Positions 38,519 through 51,128 of a DNA stretch of 64,000 nucleotides are shown here, piece after piece. Below the pieces are notes generated by a model. It made no database searches. It saw nothing but the letters and a program-made list of their open reading frames with translations, and was not told where the DNA came from. Position 1 is the stretch's first letter, and every line of letters starts with the position of its first letter. Source of the DNA: Octopus vulgaris (taxonomy: Eukaryota); NCBI GenBank assembly GCA_951406725.2, contig OX597836.1, forward strand, positions 26,846,001 to 26,910,000. Direction: 5' to 3'. A program made the translations under genes and the position numbers.

Positions 38519-38825
38519 GAATGTACACAATTATGTACACACATAGTTATGTATGCATGTATGTATGTATATACACATACATATATCTATGTATTTAGGG
38601 GCAAATGTATATGTCTGTGTGCATGTACAAATGTGTGTGTGTGTATGTATATATACATACATATACGAATGTGTGTGTGTGTATGTATGTATATATATAT
38701 GTATATACATACATCCACACACACATTTATACATGCACAAGACACACATATACATTTGTCCCTAAATACATAGATATATGTATGCGTATATACATACCTA
38801 TGTGTGTACATAATTGTGTACATTC
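38519..38825. repeat. Inverted repeat (arms ~38519-38614 and ~38746-38825)
   Basis: GAATGTACACAATTATGTACACACATAG..ATATATCTATGTATTTAGGG.CAAATGTATATGT and its reverse complement. Confidence 0.85.
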
Positions 38826-38837
38826 TATCTATAAATG

Positions 38838-38890
<53 letters not shown>

Positions 38891-39421
38891 TTTTAATGTA
38901 TTTATGTATGAAAATTTGTTTGAATGTTCATATATATACATATGTATGTGTATATGTACGAATGTTAATATGTATGCATGAATGTACATATGCAATTATA
39001 TACATATTATATACATATCTGTATATATGTTTGATTGTACAAACATACATCTAAATATTTGTATGTGTCTATGCATATGACTCCATGTGTTTCCACATAC
39101 ATAAGTATACGCACACACATATATATGTATGTGTGTGTGTATATACACGTATATTCATATTCATATTGTGAATGCATTTAAGTATATACACATGTATGTA
39201 TTTTCTTAATGACCCTTAAAACAGGTCAACAGCTCTCGTTACTTTTGAAGTTCCTTTTCATAGAGATTAGTAGTTTGAGGTTGTTTCAAGCCTCCTTTGG
39301 TGAAGGTTTCTAAGATGTCCTCAATTAGAAATCATACAATCAACAATACATGCACAACACATGTATGTCAGTCTTCAGAAGAGCAAAAGCTGCTTCCGTT
39401 TATGGTGTTGTACTGTGAATA

Positions 39422-40477
39422 TTAATCAGTGGCTGAAATAAATACCATATTCTCAGTAAGCCTTGCTATCAGAGAATTCACTTCTGTCTCCTTTGTTTGC
39501 CAAATCTCCCACAGATATTCAGGTATTTTCAAAGGGTTAGCTTTGTGAAGGGGTACGTAGATGGTGAAGACAAACAGTTTGTTACAGATCAGTTTCTCGA
39601 CTAAGGTGTAAGTAATGAAGTTTATGTCGACGCCGGAGACCATTTCCAAGTGATCGGTCAGAACAGCAGGTTGGCACTTGGATTGTATTGTTTCAATTTC
39701 CAAGTAGAGCTTGCTTTGGAAATCAGATAGAGCCAACCCGGTCATGCCAATGCTACCGAATTTGATGTGGGTAGAAACATCATGGCCATGAAGGGCATTG
39801 AAAATCTCAACAACATTCAGAGCAATATTATATCCCGTGTCGGTCATTTTGAGAGGTACCACAAACAGTATGACACCCGGTAAGTCTTCTTTAGGTTCAT
39901 AAAATACGTTCCAGACGACCGAACGTAAAGTGAGCCAAAGCCATACATTCTGACATCTGAACTGTTTTTGTAATTGGTACAAAGCCTTGCTGTATCTAGA
40001 GTAGCTGTTAGTGTCACACTGCTCTGTTGGTGAAGATCCTCCCATACAGAAGGTCGCTATTAACATACTGATGGAGAGTAAGGCAAAAGGCAGCAATATA
40101 TACAACATGTTGTTCCATGTGGTTCCCTGAAATAATGTGTAGGTGGCGCACATGTGTCTCAGTTTATAAAAGATATTTCCCTCATTTATAGCAAGCTGTT
40201 CTGTTGTATGGCAGAGCGTAATTTGCGAGTGTGGTGCATGGATTGTCACACTGCTGTCACTGTCAAGTTCGGTTGACAAAGTGGTCTTTTCTTCATTGTC
40301 TTTACACAGTTGTGGATTCTGTAGTAGGATGGTCGTGTCTTCAGTGATGGTTGCACCGTCTTCGACAATGCAGGTGATTGATATTTCTTTGGGTTTCTTG
40401 CCTGTAGTTCTTATTGTGCACACCGAAGGACTCTGTTCACATGATGACGTGGCTGATGACGATGATGGATGATGAAC
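39422..40477 (-). CDS. Terminal coding exon of a divergent torsin-1A-interacting protein (LAP1/LULL1-like) type II membrane protein
   Basis: Uninterrupted, non-repetitive 351-codon frame after a polypyrimidine acceptor (tttttatccttttag|GTT, phase 0). It encodes a S/T-rich region, one TM helix (MLYILLPFALLSISMLIATFC) and a luminal domain with LAP1C-like motifs LQKQF..Q...LW, PGVILF, AVLTDHLE, FVFTIYV, YLWEIW...SLIARLTENMVFI. Confidence 0.75.
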   Translation of the reverse strand, partial: VHHPSSSSATSSCEQSPSVCTIRTTGKKPKEISITCIVEDGATITEDTTILLQNPQLCKDNEEKTTLSTELDSDSSVTIHAPHSQITLCHTTEQLAINEGNIFYKLRHMCATYTLFQGTTWNNMLYILLPFALLSISMLIATFCMGGSSPTEQCDTNSYSRYSKALYQLQKQFRCQNVWLWLTLRSVVWNVFYEPKEDLPGVILFVVPLKMTDTGYNIALNVVEIFNALHGHDVSTHIKFGSIGMTGLALSDFQSKLYLEIETIQSKCQPAVLTDHLEMVSGVDINFITYTLVEKLICNKLFVFTIYVPLHKANPLKIPEYLWEIWQTKETEVNSLIARLTENMVFISATD

Positions 40478-40522
40478 CTAAAAGGATAAAAATTAAAAGA
40501 ATAAACAATTACATCAGTAATA

Positions 40523-40576
<54 letters not shown>

Positions 40577-40580
<4 letters not shown>

Positions 40581-40755
40581 GTTTCAAATTTTGCCACAAG
40601 GGCAGCCATTCTGGAGGTGGGGATAAGTCAATTACATCGAGCCCCAGTATTTCACTGGTGCTTAATTTATTGACCCCGAAAGGATGAAAAGCAAAGTCAA
40701 CCTCGGCGGAATTTGAGCTCAGAATGTAGCGATGGGTGAAATACTGCTAAGCATA
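40577..40755 (-). mobile_element. SINE family B (intronic)
   Basis: gaccccgaaaggatgaaaagcaaagtcaacctcggcggaatttgagctcagaa. Confidence 0.75.
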
Positions 40756-41046
40756 ATAATAGCCCACATCATATGCAAGACACTATCAATTCGATAATGC
40801 AACCTAAACAAAACAATCCACAAGACACACTCTATGCAGCAAATATCCAATGAAATAAACTACCACTGGCAGGCTGGATACCCAACACAATACACATTCA
40901 ACACACAATACAATACTGGGAAGGGTTTGCACACTCCCAATAGCAAAAAAAGAGCACACAATGCTGCATACTCCCCAGCAACAGGGAGGTGTATCAGGTG
41001 GTGCAGTAGAAATTTGCCTCAAACTACCAAATGTTGAACAGTTATA

Positions 41047-41117
<71 letters not shown>

Positions 41118-41649
41118 GCCTGGTGCAGCCATCTGGTTCGCCAGTCCTCAGTCAAATCGTCCAACCCATGCTAGCATGGAAAGCAGACATTAAATGATAA
41201 TGATATGATGATGAATAATTGCTTCAAATTTTTAGCATATGGTTAGCAATTTTAGGGAGAGAGAATTTGCGAATCAATTCCAGAACTTGTATGTTAATTT
41301 TGCCTATTGATCTAGGAGGCATAAAAGGTAAAGTTGACCACAGCAAGATTTGAACTTAGAATGTAAAAGACTGGAAGAAATACTACAAGCACAGCAACGA
41401 TTCTGCAACAATTTTTTTAATGGTTCCTAATTTAGGCACAAGGTCATAAATTTAAAGGGAAAAGAACAATAAATTTTATTGACCTTTGGGAGATGAAAAG
41501 TATAGAAAACAGGATACAAGATGCATGAAATGAGATGTCTCAATATGGGCAAGAAGCAGCTTCCAATGAACTTCTAGTTCCAGGATTACCATGAACACAA
41601 AGGGCAAGTACCCTCTTCAAAGTATCTACTTAGGCTACAAGCTCATGTT

Positions 41650-43270
41650 GAGGGTGAGCTCACTCATGCAGGACATTTGTGCTACACTCGCCCACCTCTC
41701 AGAAAATTCACAGGAAGATGACATCTCTCTCTCTCTCTCTTTCTTCTATTTCTCTCTCTCCACTTTCAAATGCCTTTCCAAGTGGTACCTGAAGGAGATA
41801 ATAAAGGTTGATCCAAAAGGAAGGCTTTCAGTCATTTCATTCTCCTCTGCCAGACAATCTTTTTAACCATGGTCACCAAACAGGAGAAAACTGCTGGCCT
41901 TTCACAGTCAAAGGAAGGTGGAGGAGCAGTTTCCATGGTAGACTTGGTTGCTAACCAGATTCAGCCTACATGTGAGAACAATCGTTTGACATAACATCAC
42001 AGGTCAACAATATTTGGTCATTGGTCGCCGATGAAGAGTGTATGGCAAAGTTTTATAGCACTACATACATCTCAAACAAGTCTGAATGGCAGAGTAGTGT
42101 TTACTTGTTACATGTAGAGGTTATCCCAAACCAGTTATTCTTCTTGTAGAACTGCCAGGACAGGGGTTCCTGAAGTTTTCCACAGACTCTTAGACCTTTG
42201 GAATAAGTTGTTTAGTTGAGCCTCATCAAAATGTAGTTTCCCTAAGAAAATCATCACTGTTGCCCCAAATCTAACCCTAACCTATTTTGCATCACAGACT
42301 GGTTTCATACAATACATCACACAAATAATAAAACCACAATAAAGTGCATAATATACAATTTAATTATTACATATATAATAATGTAATTATCACATGTATA
42401 TTATGCCCTTTATTTCTATTATTACATTGTAATATATGTAATACAAAGACTGTGAGCAGGCAGAATTGCTAGCACGCTGGTTAAAATGCTTAGCGGTATT
42501 TTGTCTATCATTACATTCAAATTCCATTGAGGTTGATTTTGCCTTCCATTCTTTCAGGGTTGATAAAATAAGTACCAGTGAAACGCTGGGGTCGCTGTAA
42601 TCAACTTATCCCTATCCCCTTCCTTTGAATTTGCTGGCCTTGTTCCAAAACTTGAATCCGGTCTTTGTAATAAAACACAGAATTTAAAAATTAATTCTTT
42701 CTGTGCGGTCTGATGCCAAATGATCCAAGGCCAGAGACTGATGTACAACTTGGTGGTTGGGGACACCCTACTTTATAGAACACAAAGGTTTATGTAACAC
42801 CAGCCACATTACTCAAATGGTAGAAATATGTGAGTATCTAACAATATTCCAGATGTCATGAGTCTAATTTTGGTCTTCATTTTACCCAAATTTATAGCTG
42901 TATCAAAGAGATTGGCTGCAATAAAACGTACCTCACAATCAATGAGCTAATGAGATGCTTTCTCACCATCCTGGAATCTTTTTAGATGCCGCAGCCTTGG
43001 TGCACACCTGCCCATCCTTAGCCATAGTGAGCCTTCAACACACAAGGTATAAGCAGTCGACGGACCCTCTGATCAGTGGAACATGTTCCTTCTCCAAGAT
43101 ATTAAAGAGCAGATGTTGAAGCCTGGTCAGATAAAACTGGGGCAAGACAAGATGGTCAGATGGTAATAAAGAATGGAGACAATGTAATGAGGCTGATATT
43201 TGATGGATAGATTCCTCTCAGTCGATGAGAATGGCTACCCTGACTGTAAGTCTATCTCAGTTCTTATCTG
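41650..43270 (-). mobile_element. Highly decayed Tx1/L1-clade ORF2 relic, interrupted by SINE B (42450-42655)
   Basis: Minus translation IVSILYYHLTILSCP..LTRLQHLLF..VPLIR..RLRHLKRFQDGE and ..APPPSFDCERPAVFSCLVTMVKKIVWQRRMK parallels the 62636-63975 protein. Confidence 0.65.
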
Positions 43271-43579
43271 TCTAAAACCAAAGAGGATGAACGCCACAGT
43301 TGATCCTCACAGGACTTGAACTCAGAACATAAAGAGCTGGAACAAATGCTGCAAAGCTTTTTTATTTTTTTGCCTACACTCTGATGATTGTGTCAATCCA
43401 TCATCCCATCAGTGATAAAACATAAAACCACATAGAAAAAGCTTTGACTTAGTGAGTACTGCACCCTCTGGGATGGTTGCAGAGACACAATTAGCAAACT
43501 CTGCCAAACAATGTCTGGATACTATCAGACAGGAACCATGTACGAAAGAGGAGAATGTGGGGAATTATTGTGTGTCTCT

Positions 43580-43978
43580 TAGATGTTTCAGTCCTTGGAC
43601 TGTGGCCATGCTGGAAGGGTTTAGTCAAACAAATCAACTCCAGGATTTATTTTTTAAACCTGATACTTATTCTGTTGGTCTTTTTTGCTGAGCTGCTAAG
43701 TTACGTGGATATAAACAAACCAACACTGGTTGTCAAGTAGTGATGAGGGATAAACACAACACACATATACGCAAGCACATGTTGTATATACATGTGTGCG
43801 TACATTTATATACAACAGCCCTCTTTCGGTTTCCATCTACCAAATCCACTCACAAAATTTTGGTTGGCCCAGGGCTATATTAGAAGCCATTTGCCCAGGG
43901 TGCTGCACAGTAGAACTGAACCCAAGGTCACAGGGTTAGGAGGCAAGCTTCATAACCACACAGCCACACCTATGCCTA
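43580..43978 (-). mobile_element. SINE family A
   Basis: Full-length diverged reverse copy. Confidence 0.75.
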
Positions 43979-44230
43979 ATTAGAAAATAATATCAAAATA
44001 AAATAAGAAAAAATTTCAGGTATGTAAATTCTAGTTGACTTCTGAAAAAATATCACAAAAAATCTAAAATGTCCAACATACAGAAGAATGTCCAGCAAGA
44101 CTGAGTCCACAGAATACAGGAAATACTGTTTTGGCTTTGGTCAAAATAAAACACTGACATTTGTGCTAACAGGCAAGGAAAACCAATGAGGAATCAGAGA
44201 CACAAAATAGGTGAAGGCACAGTTGGGTGG

Positions 44231-45278
44231 TTAACCCTTTCGTTACTGTATTTATTTTGAGATGCTCTGTGTTTCTTTCAATTAATTTTAGATATAACAA
44301 AGAATTTAGTAAAATAACTTAGTTATCATTCAGCTAGTGTTAGGAACATAAATTGTGACTAAGGTTTGGTGGAGGATTTTAATTCAGAACTTTTGCAAAC
44401 AAGACATTTGTACTACAGAGCCAGAGGCAGTTTCAGGCAGGTTGGTAAGAAAAGGGTTAATGTGGCACCATCACTACTGCTTTCTACATGGCACTAGCAC
44501 GAGTGCTTTTACGCCTTTTGTTACCATATTTCTGTAGAGATGCTCTGCGTTACTTTCAATTAATTTTAAATATAACAAAGAATTTAGTAAAATAACTTAG
44601 TTATCAATAAGCTAGTGTTAGGAACATAAATTGAGACTAAGGTTTGGAGGAGGATTTTAATTCAGAACTTTTGCAAACAAGACATTTGTACTACAGAGCC
44701 AGAGGCAGGTTGGTAAGAAAAGGGTTAATGTGGCACCGTCACTACTGCTTTCTACATGGCACCAACACAAGTGCTTTTACGCCTTTTGTTACCATATTTC
44801 TGTAGAGATGTTCTGTGTTTCCTTCAATTAATTTTAAATATAACAAAGAATTTAGTAAAATAACTTAGTTATCATTCAGCTAGTGTTAGGAACATAAATT
44901 GTGACTAAGGTTTGGTGGAAGATTTTAATTCGGAACTTTTGAAAACAAGACGTTTATACTAAAGTGCCAGAGGCAGTTTCAGGCAGGTTGGTAAGAAAAG
45001 GGTTAATGTGGCACCATCACTACTGCTTTCTACATGGCACCAGCACGAGTGCTTTTACGTCTTTTGTTACAATATTTCTGTAGAGATGCTCTGTGTTACT
45101 TTCAATTAATTTTAAATATAACAAAGAATTTAGTAAAATAACTTAGTTATCATTCAGCTAGTGTTAGGAACATAAATTGTGAATAAGGTTTGGTGGAGGA
45201 TTTTAATTCAGAACTTTTGAAAACATGATATTTGTTCTACAGAGCCAGTTTGAGGTGGATTGGTATCAAAAGGGTTAA
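44231..45278. mobile_element. Four tandem copies of a piggyBac-like MITE with ~53-bp spacers
   Basis: TTAA-CCCTTT at 44231 and AAAGGG-TTAA ending at 44460, 44728, 45006 and 45278. Unit period is about 270-280 bp. Confidence 0.85.
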
Positions 45279-45779
45279 GGAGGTCGTTTCTAATCACATG
45301 GTTTCAGGTTCAGTCCTACTGCACAATAATTTGGACAAGTGTCTTCTGCTATAGCCTTGGGTCCACTTGTGAATGTAAGTGCATGGAAACTGTACAGAAG
45401 CCCTTTGAGGGAGATTCGGTTGTTATTTTTACCTAGTTAAATAACCTCGTAAACACTCTCTCACTGAAACAGTATCATTATCTGCTACTTTCGAGGATAA
45501 ATGAAATGCTTCAGTAAGAAGCGGCAACAGAGGTTGAAATAAAAGTTCTCTTTATTCTAGGCACAAAACCTGAACTTTTGAGTGGGGTGCGTCTAGTTGA
45601 TGTATTAGATCTTGCCCAGTGCTCATCTAGTACTCATTTATTGAATCCCAAAAGAATGAGAAGCAAATTTGACTTCAGCAAAATTTGAATGTCAAGCTGG
45701 AAGAAAAATGCTCCAAAGCAATTTCGTCTGGTTTGATAACTATTCTGCCAGCTTGCCGCTTTTGATTGGATCTAATTAT

Positions 45780-46420
45780 GAAAATGTTTATGGTATATCT
45801 AATTAAGAAAATAGCTTAGGTAAAGTGCAATTCAGGTTTGTTTCAGATCAGGGTACCATTGAGGATTTCGTTTTGGTGAGACATTTACAGGATAAGTTCT
45901 TAGCTAAAAGTAAGACCCTATATCTAGCATTTGTTGACCCGGTGAAGGCCTTTGACAGATTACCATGGCTTGTAAGGGGGTGAGCTGGCAGAAACGTTAG
46001 CATGCCAGGCGAAATGCTTAGTGATATTTGGTCTGCTGCTATGTTCTGAGTTCAAATTCCGCCGAGGTCGACTTTGCCTTTCATCCTTTCGCGGTCGATT
46101 AAATAAGTACCAGTTATGCACTGGGGTTGATATAATCGACTTAATTCGTTTGTTTGTCCTTGTTTGTCCTCTCTGTGTTTAGCCCCTTGTGGGTAGTAAA
46201 GAAATAGGTATTTCATCTGTCTTTATGTTCTGAGTTCAAATTCCACCGAAGTCGACTTTGCTTTTCATCCTTTTGGGGGTCGATAAATTGCATACTAGAG
46301 TCGATCTAATCGACTGGCTCCCTCTCCCAAAATTCCGGGCCTTGTGCCTAGGGCAGAAAAGATTACCATGGCTTGTAAATCAGATGGTTGTTAAGAAGCC
46401 AAGGTACAAATGAAAGCTTT
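45780..46420 (+). pseudogene. Old RTE RT relic split by a SINE
   Basis: QFRFVSDQGTIEDFVLVRHLQDKFLAKSKTLYLAFVDPVKAFDRLP aligns to QFGFVPGRSTTDAIFLVRQLQEKYLAKDKPLYIAFVDLEKAFDRVP of the intact RTE. Confidence 0.75.
45976..46359 (+). mobile_element. Dimeric SINE family B with 19-bp TSD
   Basis: Perfect TSD AGATTACCATGGCTTGTAA (45957-45975, 46360-46378) around two central domains with different tails. Confidence 0.9.
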
Positions 46421-46544
46421 AAGAGGCAGGGTTTGTCCCTCTTAACACCTGACATAAAACCACTGTTCCCTGCCTCTCAAATACTCTCAACCCCGCCCAC
46501 TTAGCTGAGGGAGCCTTTTCCTTTTTTCCTGTTCTTTCTTGTTT

Positions 46545-47115
46545 TACAAGTTACCCGAAGATCTCACTAGTGCTGTTGGCATGAAAAAAAAAAAAAAAAC
46601 CCACTCGTTACAAGTTGGTAAGTGGTTGATGCTAGGATGGGCATCCAACAGTAGAAGCCAAGCCAAAGCTGACAATGGAGATCAACATGGCCCTGTGGCT
46701 CATCAGGTCCTGTCAGACCATTCAACCTATATCAGTATGCAAGGTGAACATTAAATGATTATGATGATGATGATATGTGTATAGCACGGCCCCGACTGGC
46801 CTCCATGCCGGTGGCACGTAAAAAGCACCATCTGATTGTGGCCATTGCCAGCCTCGTCTGGCCCCCGTGCCGGTGGCACGTAAAAAGCACCATCCGATCG
46901 TGGCCATTTGCCAGCCTCATCTGGCACCTGTGCAGGTGGCACATAAAATGCACCCACTACACTCTCGGAGTGGTTGGCGTTAGGAAGGGCATCCAGCTGT
47001 AGAAACACTGCCAGATCAGACTGGGCCTGGCACAGCCTTCTGGCTTCCCAGACCCCAGTTGAACCATCCAACCCATGCTAGCATGGAAAACGGACGTTAA
47101 ACAATGATGATGATA
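46545..47115 (+). mobile_element. Two tandem RTE-tail elements
   Basis: Each ends ..ttaaa(c)aatgatgatgat. The second carries the ~60-bp subrepeats. Confidence 0.75.
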
Positions 47116-47307
47116 ATATATATATATAAAATGATGATCAAGATGATATATATCTATATAATATATATAATGGAGATGTACTTGCATAGCGAGTGACTTG
47201 ATCTGAGATCGTGTGCTGGAACGAAAACAATTGCAGCGTGGAAGGTGTTTATAAGCCATTTAAGAAACACACAAAACCGTTAGATTCACTTCAACATTTA
47301 AATTTAA

Positions 47308-47358
47308 TTTGTCAAAATATTTTCGGCGCTTTGAGGCCGCAACCTGTTCACTGATAAA
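47308..47358 (-). ncRNA. Minimal type I hammerhead-like motif with G3:C8 core swap, in a ~200-bp non-coding element (about 47168-47375)
   Basis: Minus strand: TTTATCA-GTGAACA-GGTTGC..GCGCC-GAA-A(ATAT)T-T-TGACAAA. Stem I is 6/7 bp, stem II is present, and stem III is 1 bp with a palindromic tetraloop. Confidence 0.55.
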
Positions 47359-47727
47359 GCTTTGTGCTGCATCTGAGACAGTAACAGTAAGTTCATGATA
47401 TATATGTACGTATGTATGTATGTATGTATGTATGCATGTATTTATGTATGTATGTATGTATGTGCGTATGTATGTATGTATGTACATACGCACATACACA
47501 TATTACATAAACATACGTTCACATGTACATACACATGTACACACACACAGACACGTCTACACACTCTCCTAAACACTCACATACATACGTAAGTACATAA
47601 GTACATACATACATGCGTATAGGCATGCACACATACATGTACTGAGGTTGTACATGTATTAATTCAAGAGAGTAAAATAGTGTATGTAAGCTAATAGGCT
47701 TGTGGATATTAAATCCACCTATTTATA

Positions 47728-48065
47728 GGCATAGGAGTGGCTGTGTGGTAAGTAGTTTACCAAACACATGGTTCTGGGTTCAGTCCCACTGCGTGGCACC
47801 TTGGGCAAGTGTCTTCTACTATAAGCCTTGAGCCGACCAAAGCCTTGTGAGTGGATTTGGTAGACGGAAACTGAAAGAAGCCCATTGTATATGTTTGTCC
47901 CCCCACCCAACATTGCTTGACAACCGATGCTGGTGTTTCAGCAAAAGTGACCAATAGAATAAGTTCTAGACTTACAAAGAATAAGTCCTGGGGTCGATTT
48001 GCTCGACTAAATCCAGTGCCCCAGCATAGCCACAGTCAAATGACTGAAAGAAGTAAAAGAATAAC
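47728..48065 (+). mobile_element. SINE family A
   Basis: ggcataggagtggctgtgtggtaagtag...tgactgaaagaagtaaaaga. Confidence 0.85.
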
Positions 48066-48330
48066 ATCTATCTACCAATCTAACTATATACCTCTCTGTC
48101 TGTCTGTCCATCCATCCATCCGTCTATCTATCTGTCTATTCATCTATCTAATCTATATATCCATCTAGCTGTCTGTCTGTCCGTATGTCTATCCACCAAT
48201 CTATCTATCTGTCTATCCATCTGTCTGTCTATCCATCTATCTGTCTATTTAATCTATCTGTCTGTTTGTCCATCCATCCATCTATCCATCAGTCTATCTG
48301 TCTGTTGAAAAAAAATTATCTTTCTACTTG

Positions 48331-48369
<39 letters not shown>

Positions 48370-48734
48370 AGACAATATATGTATGTGAATGTGTATATAC
48401 AGAGAGCTGATGTACATATAGACACCTTTGTATGTGTATGAAGACACGCTATGAGAACATGTATGTGCTCTGGGGATCTACAAGCACATAAACATATACG
48501 TATCGATATCTTGTACTTATGTTTCATGTGAAACCTCAGAACTAAACAAATGTCAGTGTGTGTATGTGCGTGTGTAAATATGAATCGTGTAAAATATGGC
48601 ACTATATGCGAGCATAGACGTGTATATTGAGATCTGTTATGTGTGTGTGTGTGTGAGAAAGACACGTATTTGTGTTAACATCATAAGATGTGCAATAACT
48701 GCGGAGACCTTTTTCAGTGTCTATTTCATCTATC

Positions 48735-49070
48735 TTCATCACCATCACCATCATTTAACGTCCGTTTTCCATGCTGGCATGGGTTGGACACTTTGACTGA
48801 AAACTGGTAAGCTGGGGAGTGGCACCAGGGTCCAATCTGATTTGGCATGGTTTCTACAGTTTGATGCCCTTCCTAATGCCAACCACTCCGAGAGTGTAGT
48901 GGATGCTTTTTACGTGCCACCAGCATGGGTGTCAGCTATGTGACACCAGCTTCGGCCACGACTACATTTTCACCTGGCTTGGCAGGTCATCTCAAGCATG
49001 GTATATTACCAAAAGTCTCGGTCACTTGTCACTGCTTCCATGAGGCCCAAAGCCATTGCCTCCATGATTG
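48735..49070 (-). mobile_element. RTE-tail element
   Basis: catcatttaacgtccgttttccatgctggcatgggttggac...gccaaccactccgagagtgtagtgg. Confidence 0.75.
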
Positions 49071-51128
49071 GGAACAAATAATTTTGTATGCTTTGAAGTA
49101 TACTCAGATTATTGACCGAGTTTGTCTCCTGACCATACTTGATAAGGAATTTGAGAGAGACAACAGACAAGTGTCTTGGTGTCAGGTCAGTTTGGTCGGT
49201 TTTTGTGTGTGAATGTCCATTTTTGCTGTCCTCTTCTTAAAATAATCTCCCTTTTGGCTTTTGTCAAACTGCTAAGTTACAGGGATGTAAACACACCAAC
49301 ACTGGTTGTTGTGCAATGGCAAGGGACACACACATATAACAGGCTTCTTTCAGTTTCTGTCTATCAAATTAGGAAGAGTCATGTTCACTGCTATAGGCAG
49401 TAGGAGAACTGTTAAAATGATGGCTGTTTTGTTGACAATGAAGCAAATAAATTTAATTAGATGGTGTGGTAATTAACTTTGTAGCAATGAAACAACAACG
49501 TGATCACCATCTATAATAACAAAAACAATAGTAATAGCCACAGAAAATGAGATAAAAAAAGAGCATGAGCCAACAAGGGAATCTCAATGTGATCGCTCCC
49601 CTGATTAGAAATAGCAGCCAAGTTCCCTCAAATTATTCCTACTCTCTTATAAATAGAGAGGTACATCTAATCTTAGGTATACAAAAAGACAGGTTTGTCA
49701 CAGGTGGAATGTCTTTGATCAGAGGTCAGTTCAATCAGACCTATGATCAATAACAAAAATATCTTTCACCTAATCACTAAGTTCTCACTCCCCAATGCTC
49801 CACAAGCACTGATATACAATTGAGCTGTATCCTCCTTTTTTTTTTTTTTAACTTCTACTATGTTGAGAATAACAAGCATCAAATAATTTGTAATGACCTA
49901 CAAGAACTGTCCATGTCTTTAAGTCAAAGGACAGAATCGGCTCATTGAAAGCATGAAAAATTGATCTGAAAGCATCAACTTAATGCCTAACTATTTGTGC
50001 TTAGTTTGGCTTGTGCCATGTCATTTCCTTGCTGGTGAGAAAATCATTTTCTGAGCCCATCACTTTATCTGAAATAAAATGATATCCATGATCAGGGGGT
50101 CTCCTCCATCAAACCTAACCTCGGGCTAAACCACAACTTCAGTCAGAATGATCCCTCAATATACAAAGGACACTAAATCTTTTCATAGTAATTAATGATT
50201 TCCCCACATCAAACATAAAGGGTATTGTTAGCTACATTTCTTACTTTACCAAGTCCTGAGAGTGAGAGGTAAACCTGGCAGGATTTGAACTCGATACATG
50301 ATGAGACATAATTAAACCGTGCAAGGCATTTGGCTCTACATTTAGCATTTAGCTCTACATTTTACCATGGACAATACATAATGAGACATAATTAAGCAGT
50401 ATAAGGCATTTAGCTCTACAATCTGTCATTTCTGCTACTATAGCACCCTCTCTAAAAGAATTAATTTTATCATTAACACTATCGCATGACTACAAACTTG
50501 ATCTTTGAATGAATGTGTATCACATACTAAAGAATAGCATCTATTAATTTCTGCCCCTAACCTAGACCTTCATTTAACAGCAGGGTTATTTTATATTTCA
50601 AAATTTCCATTGAGAAGAGGAAGATCAGTGTCTGCAGCCCCAAGACCAGGTTGTGGTGTTAAAGTGTGAGATGGATTAAGTTTAAGTCAAGTGGGCTTCC
50701 ATGCAGTTTCCAACTACCATATTTCGCTCACAAAACTTTGGGCAACCTGAGACAATGGGAGAGGACATATGCCCAAGGTGCCACATACAGAGATTGAACC
50801 CAAGGCCAAGTAATTATGAAGGGGGCTTCTTAACTACACAGCCATGATAGAGCTAGTATCACTCATAAGATACAAACTACCAATTTCTTTCTGTTCCTTT
50901 GTCCATTAACCGATCAGCCATTTGGTCGTCCATATTCTCTTATATATTTGTTAATGACCCTTAAGAGTGCGTAAGCCAAGTACAAGCATGTGTTGTGATG
51001 TTCATGCCTATCTGATGGTAATAAAGCAACATAAGATGAAATGGAACAAAGTGAGAATCAAAAAGCGGGTGATTCATAAATTCAACTCATTAAGAGTTCA
51101 TTTGTTTTCTTAATATTTACTATTCGAA

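Noticed and set aside
44231-45278. Repeat-spacer architecture resembling CRISPR
   Set aside because: Repeats are ~220 bp and the spacers are near-identical, so this is a tandem MITE array.
49880-50068. Minus-strand acceptor (ttttatttcag) as an internal exon of the LAP1-like gene; similarly the acceptor near 54792
   Set aside because: Both give an immediate stop in phase 0 and lack a convincing donor.
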